Below, piece by piece: positions 17,402 through 28,324 of a stretch of DNA of 64,000 bases (position 1 is the stretch's first letter; each line of letters starts with the position of its first letter). Both the position numbers and the translations under genes were made by a program. This DNA is from Verrucomicrobiota bacterium (lineage in GTDB: Bacteria; Verrucomicrobiota; Verrucomicrobiia; Opitutales; UBA953): positions 57,716 to 121,715 of the forward strand of contig BGOK01000005.1 in the NCBI GenBank assembly GCA_003569205.1, written 5' to 3'. The notes beneath the pieces were generated by a model that was not told the origin of the DNA, did no database searches, and saw only the letters and a list, made by a program, of their open reading frames with translations.

Positions 17402-19510
17402 GTGGTGCACCCTTTTCTCAAAGACGATTTTCTCTTCAATTGGAGCCAACTCCAGCCAATCACGATTGAGCCGGACATTCGGGAGGCCCTGCACCGTGCC
17501 CGCAGCAACGTCGATGGCTTCAAGAAACTTTCTGGCTCCGCGCTGACTTATGACAACGTCCTGCTGGGCTTCGAGAGCGCCACGCGCGAGCTCGGTCGCG
17601 GCTGGGGCCTAGTCACCCACCTCGATGCGGTCCTGAATTCTCCCGCTCTCCGCACCGCTTACAATGCGCTCCTCCCAGAGGTCACTGCCTTCTATACCTC
17701 GCTCACGCTCGACGCCGAGATCTGGGCCGTCTTCAAGGCGTACGCCGCCACCGCCGAAGCCCAGGCGTTGACGGGTGTGCGTCGCCGTTTCCTGCAGGAG
17801 ACGATGGCTGATTTCGAGGAGAATGGCGCGGACCTTCCGGCCGCACAAAAGCAACGACTCGCTGAGCTCAATGCCGCCCTCGCCGCGAAGACGCAGAAGT
17901 ATTCGGAGAACGTCCTCGATTCGACGAATGACTGGGAGCACTTCGTCACCGACGAAGCCCGTTTGGCCGGCCTCCCGGCCAGCGCCCTCGCCGCCGCTAA
18001 GCAGTCTGCCACCGCTAAGAGTCGCCCCGAAGCTTGGCGCTTCACGCTCCAGCAGCCTTCCGTTTCTCCGGCGCTCCAGTATGCGCAGGACGACGACCTC
18101 CGCCGGCTCTGCTGGGAAGCCCTGACCCAAGTTGGCCACAAGGAGCAGTGGGATAATACCGCACTCGTGTCCGAGATCCTCGCCCTGCGCGACGAGAAGG
18201 CCCGCCTGCTCGGCAAGGCGCACTTCGCCGATTTCACGACGGCTCGCCGCATGGCACGCCACGGCGCCACCGCCCTGTCGTTCATTGAGGACATGGCGAA
18301 ACGTATTCGCCCTAAGTTTGAGGCGGAGATGTCGGAGCTCGAAGCCTATCGTGCCAAGAAGGCTGGCGATGCTGTCCGCGTGTTGCACCCCTGGGAGTTC
18401 GGCTACTATTCCGAGCAGATGCGGCGCGAGCTACACGGTTTCGACGATGAAGCCCTGCGCCCTTGGTTCCCCGTTGATGGCGTGATTGCTGGCATGTTCA
18501 AATTATTCGGCGGTCTTTTCGGCATCCAAGTCGTGGGCCGTGATACCGTCTACGTCGATGCGGCCACGGGGACACGTCAGGTCGTCCGGGCGGCTGACCC
18601 GCGCGTGGACGGCGATCCTGTCTCCGTGTGGCATCCCGAAGTCCGCTTCTACGAAGTCCGGGATGGCGACCGCCACCTCGGCTCCTTCTACACCGATTGG
18701 TTCCCTCGCGAATCGAAGCGCGGTGGCGCTTGGATGAATTTCTTCCGAACTGGCGGCCCGCGTCGCGATGGTTCCTTCGCCCCGCACCTCGGTTTGATGT
18801 GCGGAAACTTCACGCCTCCGGTCGGCGATAAGCAGGCCCTCCTGACGCACGACGAAGTCACCACGGTCTTCCACGAGTTCGGCCACTTACTGCACCACGT
18901 CCTTTCCGAGGTCGAAGTCGAGTCCCTCGCGGGCGTTCGCGTTGCTTGGGACTTTGTGGAGTTGCCTTCGCAGATTCTCGAGAACTGGTGTTGGGAAGAG
19001 GAGTCTCTCGCGCTCTTCGCTCGTCACCACGAGACGGACGCGACCCTGCCGACCGAGCTCCTTGCTAAACTGGAAGCGGCCGCGAATTTCCGTGCGGCCT
19101 CCACCTGCATGCGGCAGCTCTGTTTCTCGAAGCTCGACCTCGACCTGCACATCCGTGCCCAGGAACTGAAGGACGCCGACCTCGACCAGCATTGGAACGA
19201 TGACCTTGGCGCTTGGCAGACTCGGACGACCCGCCGCCTCCCTTCCATGGCTCGCCGATTCAACCACCTCTTTTCAGACGCCACCGGCTACGCGGCTGGC
19301 TATTACTCCTATAAGTGGGCGGAGGCCCTCGAAGCCGATGCCTTTACCCGCTTCCTCAAAGAGGGTGTCCTTAATCCCAAGGTTGGGCGTGAATTACGGG
19401 CTAAAATCCTCGCTAAGGGCAATTCTGAGCCCGCCGAGGAGGTTTTTCGCGATTTCATGGGCCGGGACCTCGATTCTGAGGCCGTCTTGGTCCGAGATGG
19501 CTTGGCCTGA
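17402..19510 (+). CDS. M3-family zinc metallopeptidase (oligopeptidase A / peptidyl-dipeptidase Dcp type)
   Basis: HEFGHLLHH (HExxH) followed by ...VELPSQILENW, about 700 aa. Start is uncertain: TTG at 17387 or GTG at 17402/17405. Confidence 0.85.
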   Translation: MVHPFLKDDFLFNWSQLQPITIEPDIREALHRARSNVDGFKKLSGSALTYDNVLLGFESATRELGRGWGLVTHLDAVLNSPALRTAYNALLPEVTAFYTSLTLDAEIWAVFKAYAATAEAQALTGVRRRFLQETMADFEENGADLPAAQKQRLAELNAALAAKTQKYSENVLDSTNDWEHFVTDEARLAGLPASALAAAKQSATAKSRPEAWRFTLQQPSVSPALQYAQDDDLRRLCWEALTQVGHKEQWDNTALVSEILALRDEKARLLGKAHFADFTTARRMARHGATALSFIEDMAKRIRPKFEAEMSELEAYRAKKAGDAVRVLHPWEFGYYSEQMRRELHGFDDEALRPWFPVDGVIAGMFKLFGGLFGIQVVGRDTVYVDAATGTRQVVRAADPRVDGDPVSVWHPEVRFYEVRDGDRHLGSFYTDWFPRESKRGGAWMNFFRTGGPRRDGSFAPHLGLMCGNFTPPVGDKQALLTHDEVTTVFHEFGHLLHHVLSEVEVESLAGVRVAWDFVELPSQILENWCWEEESLALFARHHETDATLPTELLAKLEAAANFRAASTCMRQLCFSKLDLDLHIRAQELKDADLDQHWNDDLGAWQTRTTRRLPSMARRFNHLFSDATGYAAGYYSYKWAEALEADAFTRFLKEGVLNPKVGRELRAKILAKGNSEPAEEVFRDFMGRDLDSEAVLVRDGLA

Positions 19511-19615
19511 GGCCCTCCCCGAGTGACGGAAGCGTAAAAATGCCCACTTAGTGGGCTGGGACGCCTTATTCCCCTTGCACCGAGGGTGTTTTTCCTATGC
19601 GTAAGGCCTTTACAG

Positions 19616-21520
19616 ATGAATCTCCGTAACATCGCAGTCATTGCCCACGTCGACCATGGCAAGACCACTCTCACCGACCGCCTGCTTTACCAGTCCGGCA
19701 TGTTCCGTGCCGAGGACCTCGACAAGCTCGCTGGTGGCCAGCACGGCCTCATCATGGACTCGGGTGACCTCGAGCGTGAACGCGGTATTACCATCACCGC
19801 GAAGAATTGCGCCATCAAGTGGACCGACCCGCGCGATCAGAAGGAATATAAGATCAACCTGATCGACACCCCAGGCCACGCGGACTTCGGCGGCGAAGTC
19901 GAGCGCGTGCTCAACATGGCAGATGGTTGCCTCCTCGTCGTTGACTCCTTTGAAGGCCCGATGCCGCAGACGCGCTTCGTGCTCTCGAAGGCCCTCGCCC
20001 TCGGTCTCAAGCCCATCGTCGTCATCAACAAAATCGACAAGGCCTCCGCCCGCCCTGACGCCGTTGTCGACGAAGTCTTCGACTTGCTCGTCGCCCTCGA
20101 TGCGCCGGAGTCCGCCCTCGACTTCCCGATTGTCTACGCCTCCGGCCGCGAAGGCTGGGGTACCCTCGACCGCGCCAAGACCGTGGAAGGCCAGCGCCCG
20201 AAGGACCTGATGGACCTTTTCTACACCATCGTCGACAAGATCCCTGAGCCCTACGCTGAAGGTTCTTCCCGTGGTGCCGCCGCCGGCTTCAAGTCCCGCG
20301 CCGAGGCCCTCGCTAACCCGCTCCAGATTATGGTGACCGCCATGCTTTACTCCGATTACGTCGGCCGTATCGCGGTCGGTCGCGTGACCGCCGGCAAGAT
20401 TGCCCCCGGTATGCCTGTCATGATGGTCGCCCGTAGCGGTGAACAGTTCAAGCAGCGCGTCCTTGAGGTCGAAGTCTTTGAGGCCCTCGGTCGCGTTAAG
20501 TCCCAGGAAGTCTCCGCCGGCGATATCTGTGCCGTCATCGGCCTCGATCACGTCGAAATCGGCGCGACCATCACCGACTTGGAGAACCCCCGTCCCATGA
20601 CGCCCGTCAGTGTCGACGAGCCCACTGTGACCATGGCCTTCCGCGTCAACGATTCGCCTTTTGCTGGTCGCGACGGAAAGTTCGTCACCGGCCGCCAGGT
20701 CGGCGAGCGCCTCATCAAGGAACTCGAGAAGAATGTCGCCCTCCGCGTCGACCGCGTCACGGGGGATGACTCCTGGAAGGTGTCCGGCCGTGGCCTCATG
20801 CACTTGGGCGTCCTCATCGAAACGATGCGCCGCGAAGGCTTCGAACTCTCCGTGGGTAAGCCCACCGTCATCATGAAGCAAATTGATGGCGTCGAGTGCG
20901 AGCCAGTCGAAACCTTGGCGGTCGACTGTCCGGAAGCCTCACAGAGCGACGTGATGTCCCTCGTCCTCGGTCGCCGTGGCGAGCTCCGTTCGATGGATGC
21001 CAAGGCTGGCACCAGCGGTTGGATTCACATGGAATTCAAGGTTCCTTCCCGCGCCCTCTTCGGTCTGCGCACCCTGATGCTCACCACCACCCGTGGCGAT
21101 GCTGTCATGTACCACAATCTTCTCGGGTACGAACCAGTCCGCGGCGAAGCCCCTCACCGTGCCGCCGGCGTGATGATTGGTGGAGAAGGTGGCGCCGTCA
21201 CGGCCTACTCCTTGGACCGTCTGTATGACCGCGGTGACTTCTTCGTGAAGCCGACCGACGAAATCTACATGGGTCAGATCGTCGGCGAACATTGCAAGGA
21301 CAACGACCTCGAGATCAACCTCGTCATCAACAAGAAGCTCTCCAACGTGCGCGCTTCTGGTTCCGACGACGCAGCCAAGATCAAGCCGATGCGCCAGATG
21401 TCCCTCGAAGCTTGCCTCGAGTACATTGAGTCCGACGAGATGGTCGAGATCACCCCGAACTTCATCCGCATGCGTAAGCGTTACCTCACGGAAAACGAGC
21501 GCAAGCGCTTCGACAAGTAA
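19616..21520 (+). CDS. typA: Translational GTPase TypA/BipA
   Basis: [35 protein letters not shown] and NKIDK, with an EF-G-like domain order. ATG at 19616. Confidence 0.9.
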   Translation: MNLRNIAVIAHVDHGKTTLTDRLLYQSGMFRAEDLDKLAGGQHGLIMDSGDLERERGITITAKNCAIKWTDPRDQKEYKINLIDTPGHADFGGEVERVLNMADGCLLVVDSFEGPMPQTRFVLSKALALGLKPIVVINKIDKASARPDAVVDEVFDLLVALDAPESALDFPIVYASGREGWGTLDRAKTVEGQRPKDLMDLFYTIVDKIPEPYAEGSSRGAAAGFKSRAEALANPLQIMVTAMLYSDYVGRIAVGRVTAGKIAPGMPVMMVARSGEQFKQRVLEVEVFEALGRVKSQEVSAGDICAVIGLDHVEIGATITDLENPRPMTPVSVDEPTVTMAFRVNDSPFAGRDGKFVTGRQVGERLIKELEKNVALRVDRVTGDDSWKVSGRGLMHLGVLIETMRREGFELSVGKPTVIMKQIDGVECEPVETLAVDCPEASQSDVMSLVLGRRGELRSMDAKAGTSGWIHMEFKVPSRALFGLRTLMLTTTRGDAVMYHNLLGYEPVRGEAPHRAAGVMIGGEGGAVTAYSLDRLYDRGDFFVKPTDEIYMGQIVGEHCKDNDLEINLVINKKLSNVRASGSDDAAKIKPMRQMSLEACLEYIESDEMVEITPNFIRMRKRYLTENERKRFDK

Positions 21521-21529
21521 GCCGTCGGG

Positions 21530-22000
21530 TTACCCCGGCAGCGTTAGTTCGTAACGATGGCCTCCATCCGCAAGGATGGAGGTCTTTAGTTTCCAGAGCC
21601 CGCGAGGAAGGTGGGTGGCCACGCGTTCGGGCCATTCCACGAGCACGTTCCAGGGCGACTTCGCCACGTCCCAAATCATAAGGTCATCGAGCCCGGCGCC
21701 GGACTTCAGTCGGTAGGCGTCGACGTGGAAGACCTGGCGACGGCCCTCATGGACGTTGAGCAGGGCGAAGGAGGGGCTGGTGATGTCACCCGTGACCCCT
21801 AGGCCGCGCACCAGACCGCGTACGAAGGTCGTCTTGCCCGTGCCGAGGTCGCCTTGGAGGGTGAGCACCGTATCAGGCGGCAAGAGGGCTGCAAACGCCT
21901 CGGCGGCCCGTTCGGTCTCCTCTCCCGAACGGGTGATGAGACCGGCGGTCCAGGACGCGAGGTCGGCAGGAGGAGCCATGCGGGAAGTCTTTCGCGCCAA
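21530..22000 (-). CDS. tsaE: tRNA t6A37 biosynthesis ATPase TsaE (YjeE)
   Basis: LQGDLGTGKTTFVRGLVRGLG...ITSPSFALLNVH...HVDAYRL...VEWPE. Confidence 0.8.
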   Translation of the reverse strand: MARKTSRMAPPADLASWTAGLITRSGEETERAAEAFAALLPPDTVLTLQGDLGTGKTTFVRGLVRGLGVTGDITSPSFALLNVHEGRRQVFHVDAYRLKSGAGLDDLMIWDVAKSPWNVLVEWPERVATHLPRGLWKLKTSILADGGHRYELTLPG

Positions 22001-22043
22001 CGAAGGGCAGGCAAGACCACTTCACATATCAGGCTTGGCTCTT

Positions 22044-22073
22044 AAACAAAAGACCCGGCCAAGTGGCCGGGTC
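22044..22073 (-). terminator. Rho-independent terminator after the GH109-like gene
   Basis: On the minus strand: GACCCGGCC-actt-GGCCGGGTC followed by TTTTGTTT. Stems are 22052-22060 and 22065-22073. Confidence 0.6.
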
Positions 22074-22098
22074 TCGTGGGGAACTCTGGGCGCCTCGC

Positions 22099-23580
22099 TT
22101 AGGAGACGATGCCGAGGGGCTTGATGGTCTTCCAGCCGCCGCGCGTGAAGTCAGGGCACTGGATCGGCATCGAGCCGTCCTTCACCGAGCGGACGGAGAT
22201 TTCGAGAATCGCGGACCAATCGGCCGCATCGTAGACGGTCATGTCAGGGGTGATGCCTTGGCGCAGGCAGTCGAGCATCCGGAAGTTCATCACGTGGTCC
22301 ATGCCGCCGTGACCGCCGACCTTCTTAGCGGATTCACCGACCTTCTTGATGAGCGGGTGGGCGTTGGCCTTCATGAACGCAGCGAGCTTTTCATCCTGGA
22401 GCCAGCTGTGGGAGCTGAGCTTCATGCCCTTGATCGAGGGATGCGGGTTCGCGGGGTGGACGGCGAGGCGGCCGGGGTAGCCGAAGAACGTCGCCTGCGA
22501 GCCGCTGAGCGCGTTAATACGCGAGTAGGGACGCGGGCTGACCACGTCATGCTGGATCATAATCGTCCGGCCGAGCTGTGTCTTAATGATGGAGGTGTTC
22601 ATGTCGCCGCAGACGTACTTCTCGTCCTTGTGCTTACCGCCGTTGGGGTTCTTGGCGTCGCGGTATTGCGTGAGGTTGAACTCGGGCGACGAGACCGAGA
22701 CGACGAACTTGAACGAATCGCCACGGCCGATGTTCATGTACTGTGCCACCGGGCCAAGGCCGTGGGTGGGGTAGAGGTTGCCGTCCATGAACGTGTGGTA
22801 GTTGCGGCGCCAGCCACCTTCGCTGCCGAGCTGCCAGAGGACGCCCTGCGAAAGGTCGTGAATGTAGGCGCACTCGGCGTGCTTGAGCTCGCCGAAGAAG
22901 CCTTGGCGGGCCATATTGAGGACGAAGAGTTCTTCGTCGCCGTAGCAGCAGTTTTCAATGATTGCGCAATGGCGCTGGGTCTTCTCGGAAGTGTCGACCA
23001 ACTTCCAGCACTCGTCGACGGAGACAGCGGCGGAGACTTCGACGAAGGCGTGCTTGCCACATTCCATCGCCTTAACAGCCATCGGTACGTGCCATTCCCA
23101 AGGGGTGGAGATATAGACAACGTCGATGTCGTCGCGGGCGACCATCTGCTCCCAGGAGTCTTCGTTCTCCATGTAGATGGCGGGTTCCTTACCGGTGGCA
23201 GCCTTGACCTTGGCGGCGGCGCTCTTGGCGCGGTTTTGGTTAATATCGCAGACGGCAACGACTTCGGCGAAGTCGATGTTCAGTGCGGAATTAAGGTGGG
23301 TCGATCCACGGGAAAGGCCGATGAACGCGCATCGGACCTTCTGGAGGGGCTTGGTCTGGAGGTCCCACACGGGCTTATTGCCGGCGGGGCGGGGGCGCGT
23401 GACGCCGATTTCGTTGGGCCCTTGGAGCTTCAGGTTCTTGGGGTCTGGTGCCGCCTCGGCGGTCGGAATTGCACCAAAGCCTAAACTGAGGCCAGCGAGG
23501 GCACTCAGCTTCAGGAAGTCGCGACGGTTATTGCTTTCGGGAGTATTCATGGGGGTGCGTTTAAGACACCCAAAACCCAC
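22099..23580 (-). CDS. Tat-exported Gfo/Idh/MocA-family NAD-dependent oxidoreductase, GH109 (alpha-N-acetylgalactosaminidase)-like
   Basis: Twin-arginine signal NRRDFLKLSALAGLSLG, a Rossmann start VRCAFIGLSRG, and a size (493 aa) and layout typical of GH109-type proteins. Confidence 0.65.
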   Translation of the reverse strand: MGFGCLKRTPMNTPESNNRRDFLKLSALAGLSLGFGAIPTAEAAPDPKNLKLQGPNEIGVTRPRPAGNKPVWDLQTKPLQKVRCAFIGLSRGSTHLNSALNIDFAEVVAVCDINQNRAKSAAAKVKAATGKEPAIYMENEDSWEQMVARDDIDVVYISTPWEWHVPMAVKAMECGKHAFVEVSAAVSVDECWKLVDTSEKTQRHCAIIENCCYGDEELFVLNMARQGFFGELKHAECAYIHDLSQGVLWQLGSEGGWRRNYHTFMDGNLYPTHGLGPVAQYMNIGRGDSFKFVVSVSSPEFNLTQYRDAKNPNGGKHKDEKYVCGDMNTSIIKTQLGRTIMIQHDVVSPRPYSRINALSGSQATFFGYPGRLAVHPANPHPSIKGMKLSSHSWLQDEKLAAFMKANAHPLIKKVGESAKKVGGHGGMDHVMNFRMLDCLRQGITPDMTVYDAADWSAILEISVRSVKDGSMPIQCPDFTRGGWKTIKPLGIVS

Positions 23581-23613
23581 CGCTGTTGCAATGGTTTTGC
23601 TAAGGAAGATTCC

Positions 23614-24191
23614 CTAATTCCAGTTTATGAAGCCTTGTGCCCATTTAACGCCGAACACTGCCAGATTACGCACGGCATGTCCCGTAAAACACGGGATGAG
23701 CGAGCGCTCCGGATTCAGTGGATTGAACCGAGCCAAGTAGAGCCAGATAGAAGTCACGAAAGCAAAGATGGCACTGATGCGCCCTTGGGTGCTTTGGAGG
23801 TCGAAGCCATGGATAGCGCTGAACACCACGGAACCGATGAGGATGAGCGCGAGGAGTTTGCGGCCGCCAAAATAACTCGGTGCGGTGAACCCACGGAAGA
23901 CCGCTTCTTCGATCACCGAGGCGCCGAGCATTGCGAGGAGGAATGAAGGAGCGATAGTGGACTGTTGGGTCGTCACGCCCAAGCGGTGCTCGACCGCTGT
24001 TTCGGCGATAGTGATTAAGATCATCACTGCGGCGATGAGGAGCGAGGCTTGCCAGGGGGCGCTGGAAGTGCCGGGCCAAAACCTTCGGGGCCGTTCGACC
24101 GCCGCCGCTTCAGGTACTCGTAAGTCCAGGCGCTCAGCAGGCCAAGCCCGAGGAGGAAGTAGAGGAGGGCTTCGAGGGTGTTAGTTGTCAT
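23614..24191 (-). pseudogene. CPBP-family intramembrane glutamic protease (CAAX protease-like), probable single frameshift
   Basis: Motifs IEEAVFRGF, FSAIHG and TGHAVRN in ORF 23614-24027. An upstream ATG at 24191 gives MTTNTLEALLYFLLGLGLLSAW...GPEGF, which joins the main frame if one base is added at the A-run 24078-24081. Confidence 0.55.
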
Positions 24192-24197
24192 GGGGCT

Positions 24198-24530
24198 TTA
24201 GCGGACGCCGAGAATCCAGGCTTGGTAGGCAGGGCTCACGTGGGTCGCTGGGACGGCGAGCCATTGCGGCACAGCGTACGGATGGCGGCTGTGAACCCAG
24301 GTCCGTAAGATCGGTTCCTGCGTTGCGGTGAGTTTGAAGGTGATACGGTATTCATCTTCAGCCTGCGCTTGGCCTTCCCAGACATAATGGGAGCGAACGG
24401 GGCCCTCCACTTGCGCGCACGCCGCCAGCCGCGCGGCCACCGCGCCCGCGGCCAGCTGGTCGGCCTCTTCCCGCGTTGGCAAGGTCGTCCAAGCGACCAG
24501 CACACCATCAGTCGTTGGGTTCGCTGCCAT
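24198..24530 (-). CDS. cutA: Divalent-cation tolerance protein CutA
   Basis: 110 aa; ...LAACAQVEGPVRSHYVWEGQ...DEYRITFKL...HPYAVP fits CutA1. Confidence 0.8.
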   Translation of the reverse strand: MAANPTTDGVLVAWTTLPTREEADQLAAGAVAARLAACAQVEGPVRSHYVWEGQAQAEDEYRITFKLTATQEPILRTWVHSRHPYAVPQWLAVPATHVSPAYQAWILGVR

Positions 24531-25375
24531 CCTGTAGATACTTCTCGGTGATGATACTAATCAGGGCGTCGCGCGCTTCTTGCACCGAGTCCACGTGCAC
24601 ATACAGGTTGCGGTCTTCGGGTGAGACCATGCCCCACTCATGTAAGACCTCGAAGTTCAGGAGTTTCTTCCAGAACTCCGAACCGAAGAGCAGTATCGGG
24701 AAATGCTTCTTTGTTTTGCCCGTTTGGATGAGCGTCAACATTTCGAAGAGCTCGTCGAACGTCCCGAAGCCGCCGGGGAAGGCGACCAACGCTTTGGCGA
24801 GGTAGAGGAACCAGTATTTCCGAACGAAGAAATAATGGAACTCGAGGTCGAGCTCCGGGGTGATGTATGGGTTGTGGCTTTGCTCGAAGGGCAGGGCGAT
24901 GCCGAGGCCGACCGAACGGCCGCCGGCTTCGAAGGCCCGCGATTGGCGGCCTCCATGATGCCAGGGCCCCACCCGAGCAGACCAAGAAGCGCTGCCACTC
25001 AGGTAACGAGAGTGACCACTTGGTCATTTCAAAAGCGAGTTCGCGGCAGGCTTCGTAGTAAGGGGCGCTGCGCAGGTTCATTTCCGCGATACGCAGTCGG
25101 GCGGAGCATTCTGCACCGGAACACTCGCCGCGGGCGATGAGTGCTTTGACCTCATCATATTGGGTGCGCGCCTGTTCGAGGGGCAGCGTGCGGGCCGAGC
25201 CAAACATGACGACCGTGTTGCGGACGTTGTATTTCTTGAACCTGAGGTGGGGTTCGGTGAGCTCCGTCATGACGCGGATGGTCCGGGCCTGGGGGCTGCA
25301 CATGAACTCCTGGTTCAGGTAGGCGCGCTGGGGTAGGGGGCGCTTCTTTCCTTCTGCGGGGCTCATTACCCCCAT
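24508..25375 (-). pseudogene. LOG-family (TIGR00730) nucleotide phosphoribohydrolase, two frameshifts 30 nt apart
   Basis: FLVCSGG (frame 1), GPGIMEAANRG (frame 2) and AFEAGGRSVGLGIALPFEQ...FPGGFGTFDELFE (frame 3) reconstitute the LOG signature. That requires adding one G/C at 24967-24970 and one at 24936-24938. Confidence 0.75.
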
Positions 25376-25464
25376 CTTTCCCCTCCTGGGGCGTCCTGCC
25401 AAGCCGGGAAGCGTGGGGCTTGACAGGCTGGGCGGGGTGTTCTTGGCTGTCCCCTTCAAACGCC

Positions 25465-25611
25465 ATGCAACCCACCTACCGCCCATCTAAAATCTCCCGC
25501 GCCCGCAAGTGCGGTTTCCTCGCCCGCTCGAAGACCAAGGGCGGCCGTAAGGTCATCGCTGCTCGTCGTAAGCTCGGCCGCAAGCGCCTCGGTACGGCTT
25601 CCTGGAAGTAA
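25465..25611 (+). CDS. rpmH: 50S ribosomal protein L34
   Basis: [42 protein letters not shown]. Confidence 0.9.
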   Translation: MQPTYRPSKISRARKCGFLARSKTKGGRKVIAARRKLGRKRLGTASWK

Positions 25612-25615
25612 GCGC

Positions 25616-25987
25616 ATGCGTCTCCCGCGGGAACGTCGGATTCGTGCCTCGGCCGATTTCCAACGCCTCCGCTCCCAAGGCTCGCGGCTCGACTGCGGGC
25701 CTTTTCTTTTGAATATCGGCCCAGCGGAGGTGGGGGCCGAAGTCGAGCCTGCGCGCTTTGCCGTCGTGGTCGCCAAAAAGGCTATTCCGTTAGCAGTGAA
25801 CCGGAATCGGGCCAAACGCCTGGCGCGTGAGCTCTTTCAGACCGATCCGGAGGCTTTGCCGGCGGGGTGGGAGGTCGTCCTCATCGCCCGCCCGAGTTTA
25901 CTGCGCAAGCCGCTCAAGGACTTGCGACGGATTTACGCCGTCGCTGTCGCCGGAGCCTTGGCGAAGGCGTCCAAGCAGGCCGAATGA
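25616..25987 (+). CDS. rnpA: Ribonuclease P protein component
   Basis: Basic 123-aa protein directly after rpmH ([17 protein letters not shown]...[13 protein letters not shown]). Confidence 0.8.
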   Translation: MRLPRERRIRASADFQRLRSQGSRLDCGPFLLNIGPAEVGAEVEPARFAVVVAKKAIPLAVNRNRAKRLARELFQTDPEALPAGWEVVLIARPSLLRKPLKDLRRIYAVAVAGALAKASKQAE

Positions 25988-26235
25988 GCACACCGCCGCC
26001 ATCTTGGTTGGCACGTTGCGCCTTGGGAGCGGTCGCGTTCTACAAGAAGTTCCTCTCCAAGCCGCTCCACCTGATCCCCGGTTCGGGCTGTCGCTTCTAC
26101 CCCACGTGCTCTTGCTATATGGCGACAAGTTTGGAGCGATTCGGGTTTTTAAAGGGGCTCTGGCTAGGTCTCAAACGCCTCGGGCGCTGCCATCCGTGGG
26201 GCGGTTCCGGTGTCGACGAGGTGCCAGAGAAGTAA
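25984..26235 (+). CDS. yidD: Membrane protein insertion efficiency factor YidD
   Basis: ...[39 protein letters not shown]...[14 protein letters not shown]. The ATG at 25984 overlaps the rnpA stop (ATGA). Confidence 0.85.
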   Translation: MSTPPPSWLARCALGAVAFYKKFLSKPLHLIPGSGCRFYPTCSCYMATSLERFGFLKGLWLGLKRLGRCHPWGGSGVDEVPEK

Positions 26236-26305
26236 CTAACCCGCCGCCACCCTGGGCCTCCAAAAAGGCTCGCCCCCGCCTGCGGTTTGCAGGCATCGTG
26301 CCAGC

Positions 26306-28311
26306 GTGAAAGCACTGCTTCTTCGGAACCTTCGGACCCGCCAAGGTGGCACGTGGCTACTAGCCTTAACTTACCTCTCGCTCGGCACGGCCTTGCGACT
26401 CGGCTTCCTGCTGGCCTCGGCTGGCGAGGTTTCGTGGGGACTGCCGACGTTTGCTTCGCTGTTCATCGGATTTCTTTTCGATGGACTGATGGCTTGGTTC
26501 CTGACGCTGCCGTTCGCAGGCTTGAGCCTCATCGGTGGGGAGTTCTGGCGCCGTTGGGTGCTGCTCCCCGCTTGGGGCTTCGGGGCGTTCTTGTTTACGT
26601 TCTGGAAGGTTTCAGAAATCCTTTTCTGGGAAGAATTCGGCGTCCGCTTCAACTTCATCGCGGTCGACTACTTGATCTACACGACCGAGGTGCTGAAGAA
26701 TATCCAGGAGTCCTACAACCTCCCGCTCATCGTGGCGGCGGTGTTCTTGGTCGCCGCGGGTTTCTACTTCGTCTGGCGCCGCTTAGGCTGCACGCAGTTG
26801 TGGGCCGAAGGGGCCACGGAAGACGTTACGCCCCGCTGGCGGACGTTGGCTTGGATGGGCACGCCGTTGTTGCTGGTCTTGGTCTCCGCCTACGCCGTCG
26901 GTCGGCATGACCTCAAAGCGGCTTCAACCGTCCATACAGGCGTGGGCGAACGCTTGGTCGCGGGTCTGCGACACATGGGCGATCCCCAGCCAAGTTTTGC
27001 CAACAGCTTCGACACCGAGCTCTCCAAAAACGGAGAATATTCCTTCTTGGCGGCCTTCTGGGCCAATCAACTCGAGTGGAAGCGCTTTTACCCCTCGGCA
27101 AAGTCCGACCCCATCGCTGGCCTTTCCAAGCGCCTGCAGGCCGATAAGCCCGACGGTATCACGCGTGAGGTGAAGCCAGCTGGCCCCGCCCGCCGCTTGA
27201 ACGTTATCCAAATCACCATTGAGAGTCTGAGCGCTGAGTTCCTCGGTTGCTACGGCGACCCTGCCTACGCGGCTAAGAACCTGACGCCTAACCTCGACCT
27301 CATCGCCAAAGACTCGCTCTGGTTCCGCCATTGCTACGCGGGCGGCACGCGCACGGTGCGCGGCATGGAGGCCCTCTCCCTCTCCATCCCGCCGATTCCG
27401 GGCCAGTCGGTGCTGCGTCGCAAGGGCTGCGAAGACTTATGCACCTTGGTTCGGTCTTGAAGCAGGCGGGCTACGACACCGCTTTCATTTACGGTGGCGA
27501 TGGGTTCTTCGATAACATGAACTACTTCTTCGGGGCGAATGGCTATCGTCTCGTCGATCTACCGCGTCAGCTGGCGGCCGGCAAGAAGCCGACTTTCGCC
27601 AACGCTTGGGGGGTATGTGACGAGGACTCGTTCGCTTGGTCTCTCGAGGAGGCCGATAAGGCCCATGCGGCGGGTAAGCCATTCCATCATTTTGTGATGA
27701 CGACTTCCAACCATCGTCCCTACACCTGGCCTGCCGGTAAAATCGACCCTAAGCTCGTGAACCGTGAGGGCGGGGTAGCTTATACGGACTACGCCATCGG
27801 AGCCTTCCTGAAGGCGGCCGAATCCAAGCCTTGGTTCAAGGACACGGTCTTCGTCATCGTCTCTGACCACTGCGCTTCGGTCGCTGGTAAGAACGAGTTG
27901 GAGGTCCGTAAATATCAGATCCCACTTTTCATTTGGTCCCCTGGCCATATCCACGCCCGTCGCTTTGATCCGATGATGAGCCAGATCGATACGGCCCCCA
28001 CGGTCCTTGGTCTGCTTAACCTGCCCTACACCTCGCGTTTTGTCGGGTCCGATGTCCTGCAGCCGGGCTACCAGCCCCGTGCGTTCATCAGTAACTACCA
28101 GAAGGTGGCGATGCTGCGCGGCGATGGTTTGCTGACGGTCCTTAAGCCGGTGCGTAATGCCACGCAGTACCAGGCCGACCTCGCCACGGGCGCACTTACC
28201 CCGCGGGTCCCGACGCCCGGCGATGACGAAGCGCTGCAACAGGCCATCGATTTCTATCAGGGCACCGACCAGCTCTTTAACCAAGGTGGACTCGCCAATC
28301 CCAAGCGCTGA
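26306..28311 (+). pseudogene. LTA-synthase/phosphoglycerol(ethanolamine)-transferase family membrane sulfatase (LtaS/MdoB-like), one frameshift
   Basis: An N-terminal 5-TM region is followed by a periplasmic sulfatase-fold domain (NVIQITIESLSAEFLG..., SNHRPYTWP, VIVSDHCA). It is split between ORFs 26306-27460 and 27331-28311; the frames meet around 27420-27445. Confidence 0.7.
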
Positions 28312-28324
28312 GCGCCCGTCGCTC

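Noticed and set aside
20240-20310. A ~20-aa insertion ([23 protein letters not shown]) in TypA/BipA relative to the enterobacterial protein.
   Set aside because: It is judged only from memory of the E. coli sequence. Lineage-specific loop insertions in translational GTPases are common, and I cannot verify it without an alignment.
19610-20881. 423-aa ORF antisense to typA. Similar long antisense ORFs occur at 22063-23484, 54872-56164, 12451-13173, 13698-14339 and 17609-18388.
   Set aside because: These are typical shadow ORFs of a GC-rich genome. Their translations are low-complexity Arg/Gly/Ala/Asp-rich with no motifs, while the opposite strand encodes unmistakable conserved proteins.
24936-24970. 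Programmed ribosomal frameshifting or phase variation as an explanation for the split genes.
   Set aside because: There are no slippery heptamers or stimulatory structures, the runs are only 3-5 nt, and the affected genes are functionally unrelated. Technical homopolymer error or simple mutation is more parsimonious.
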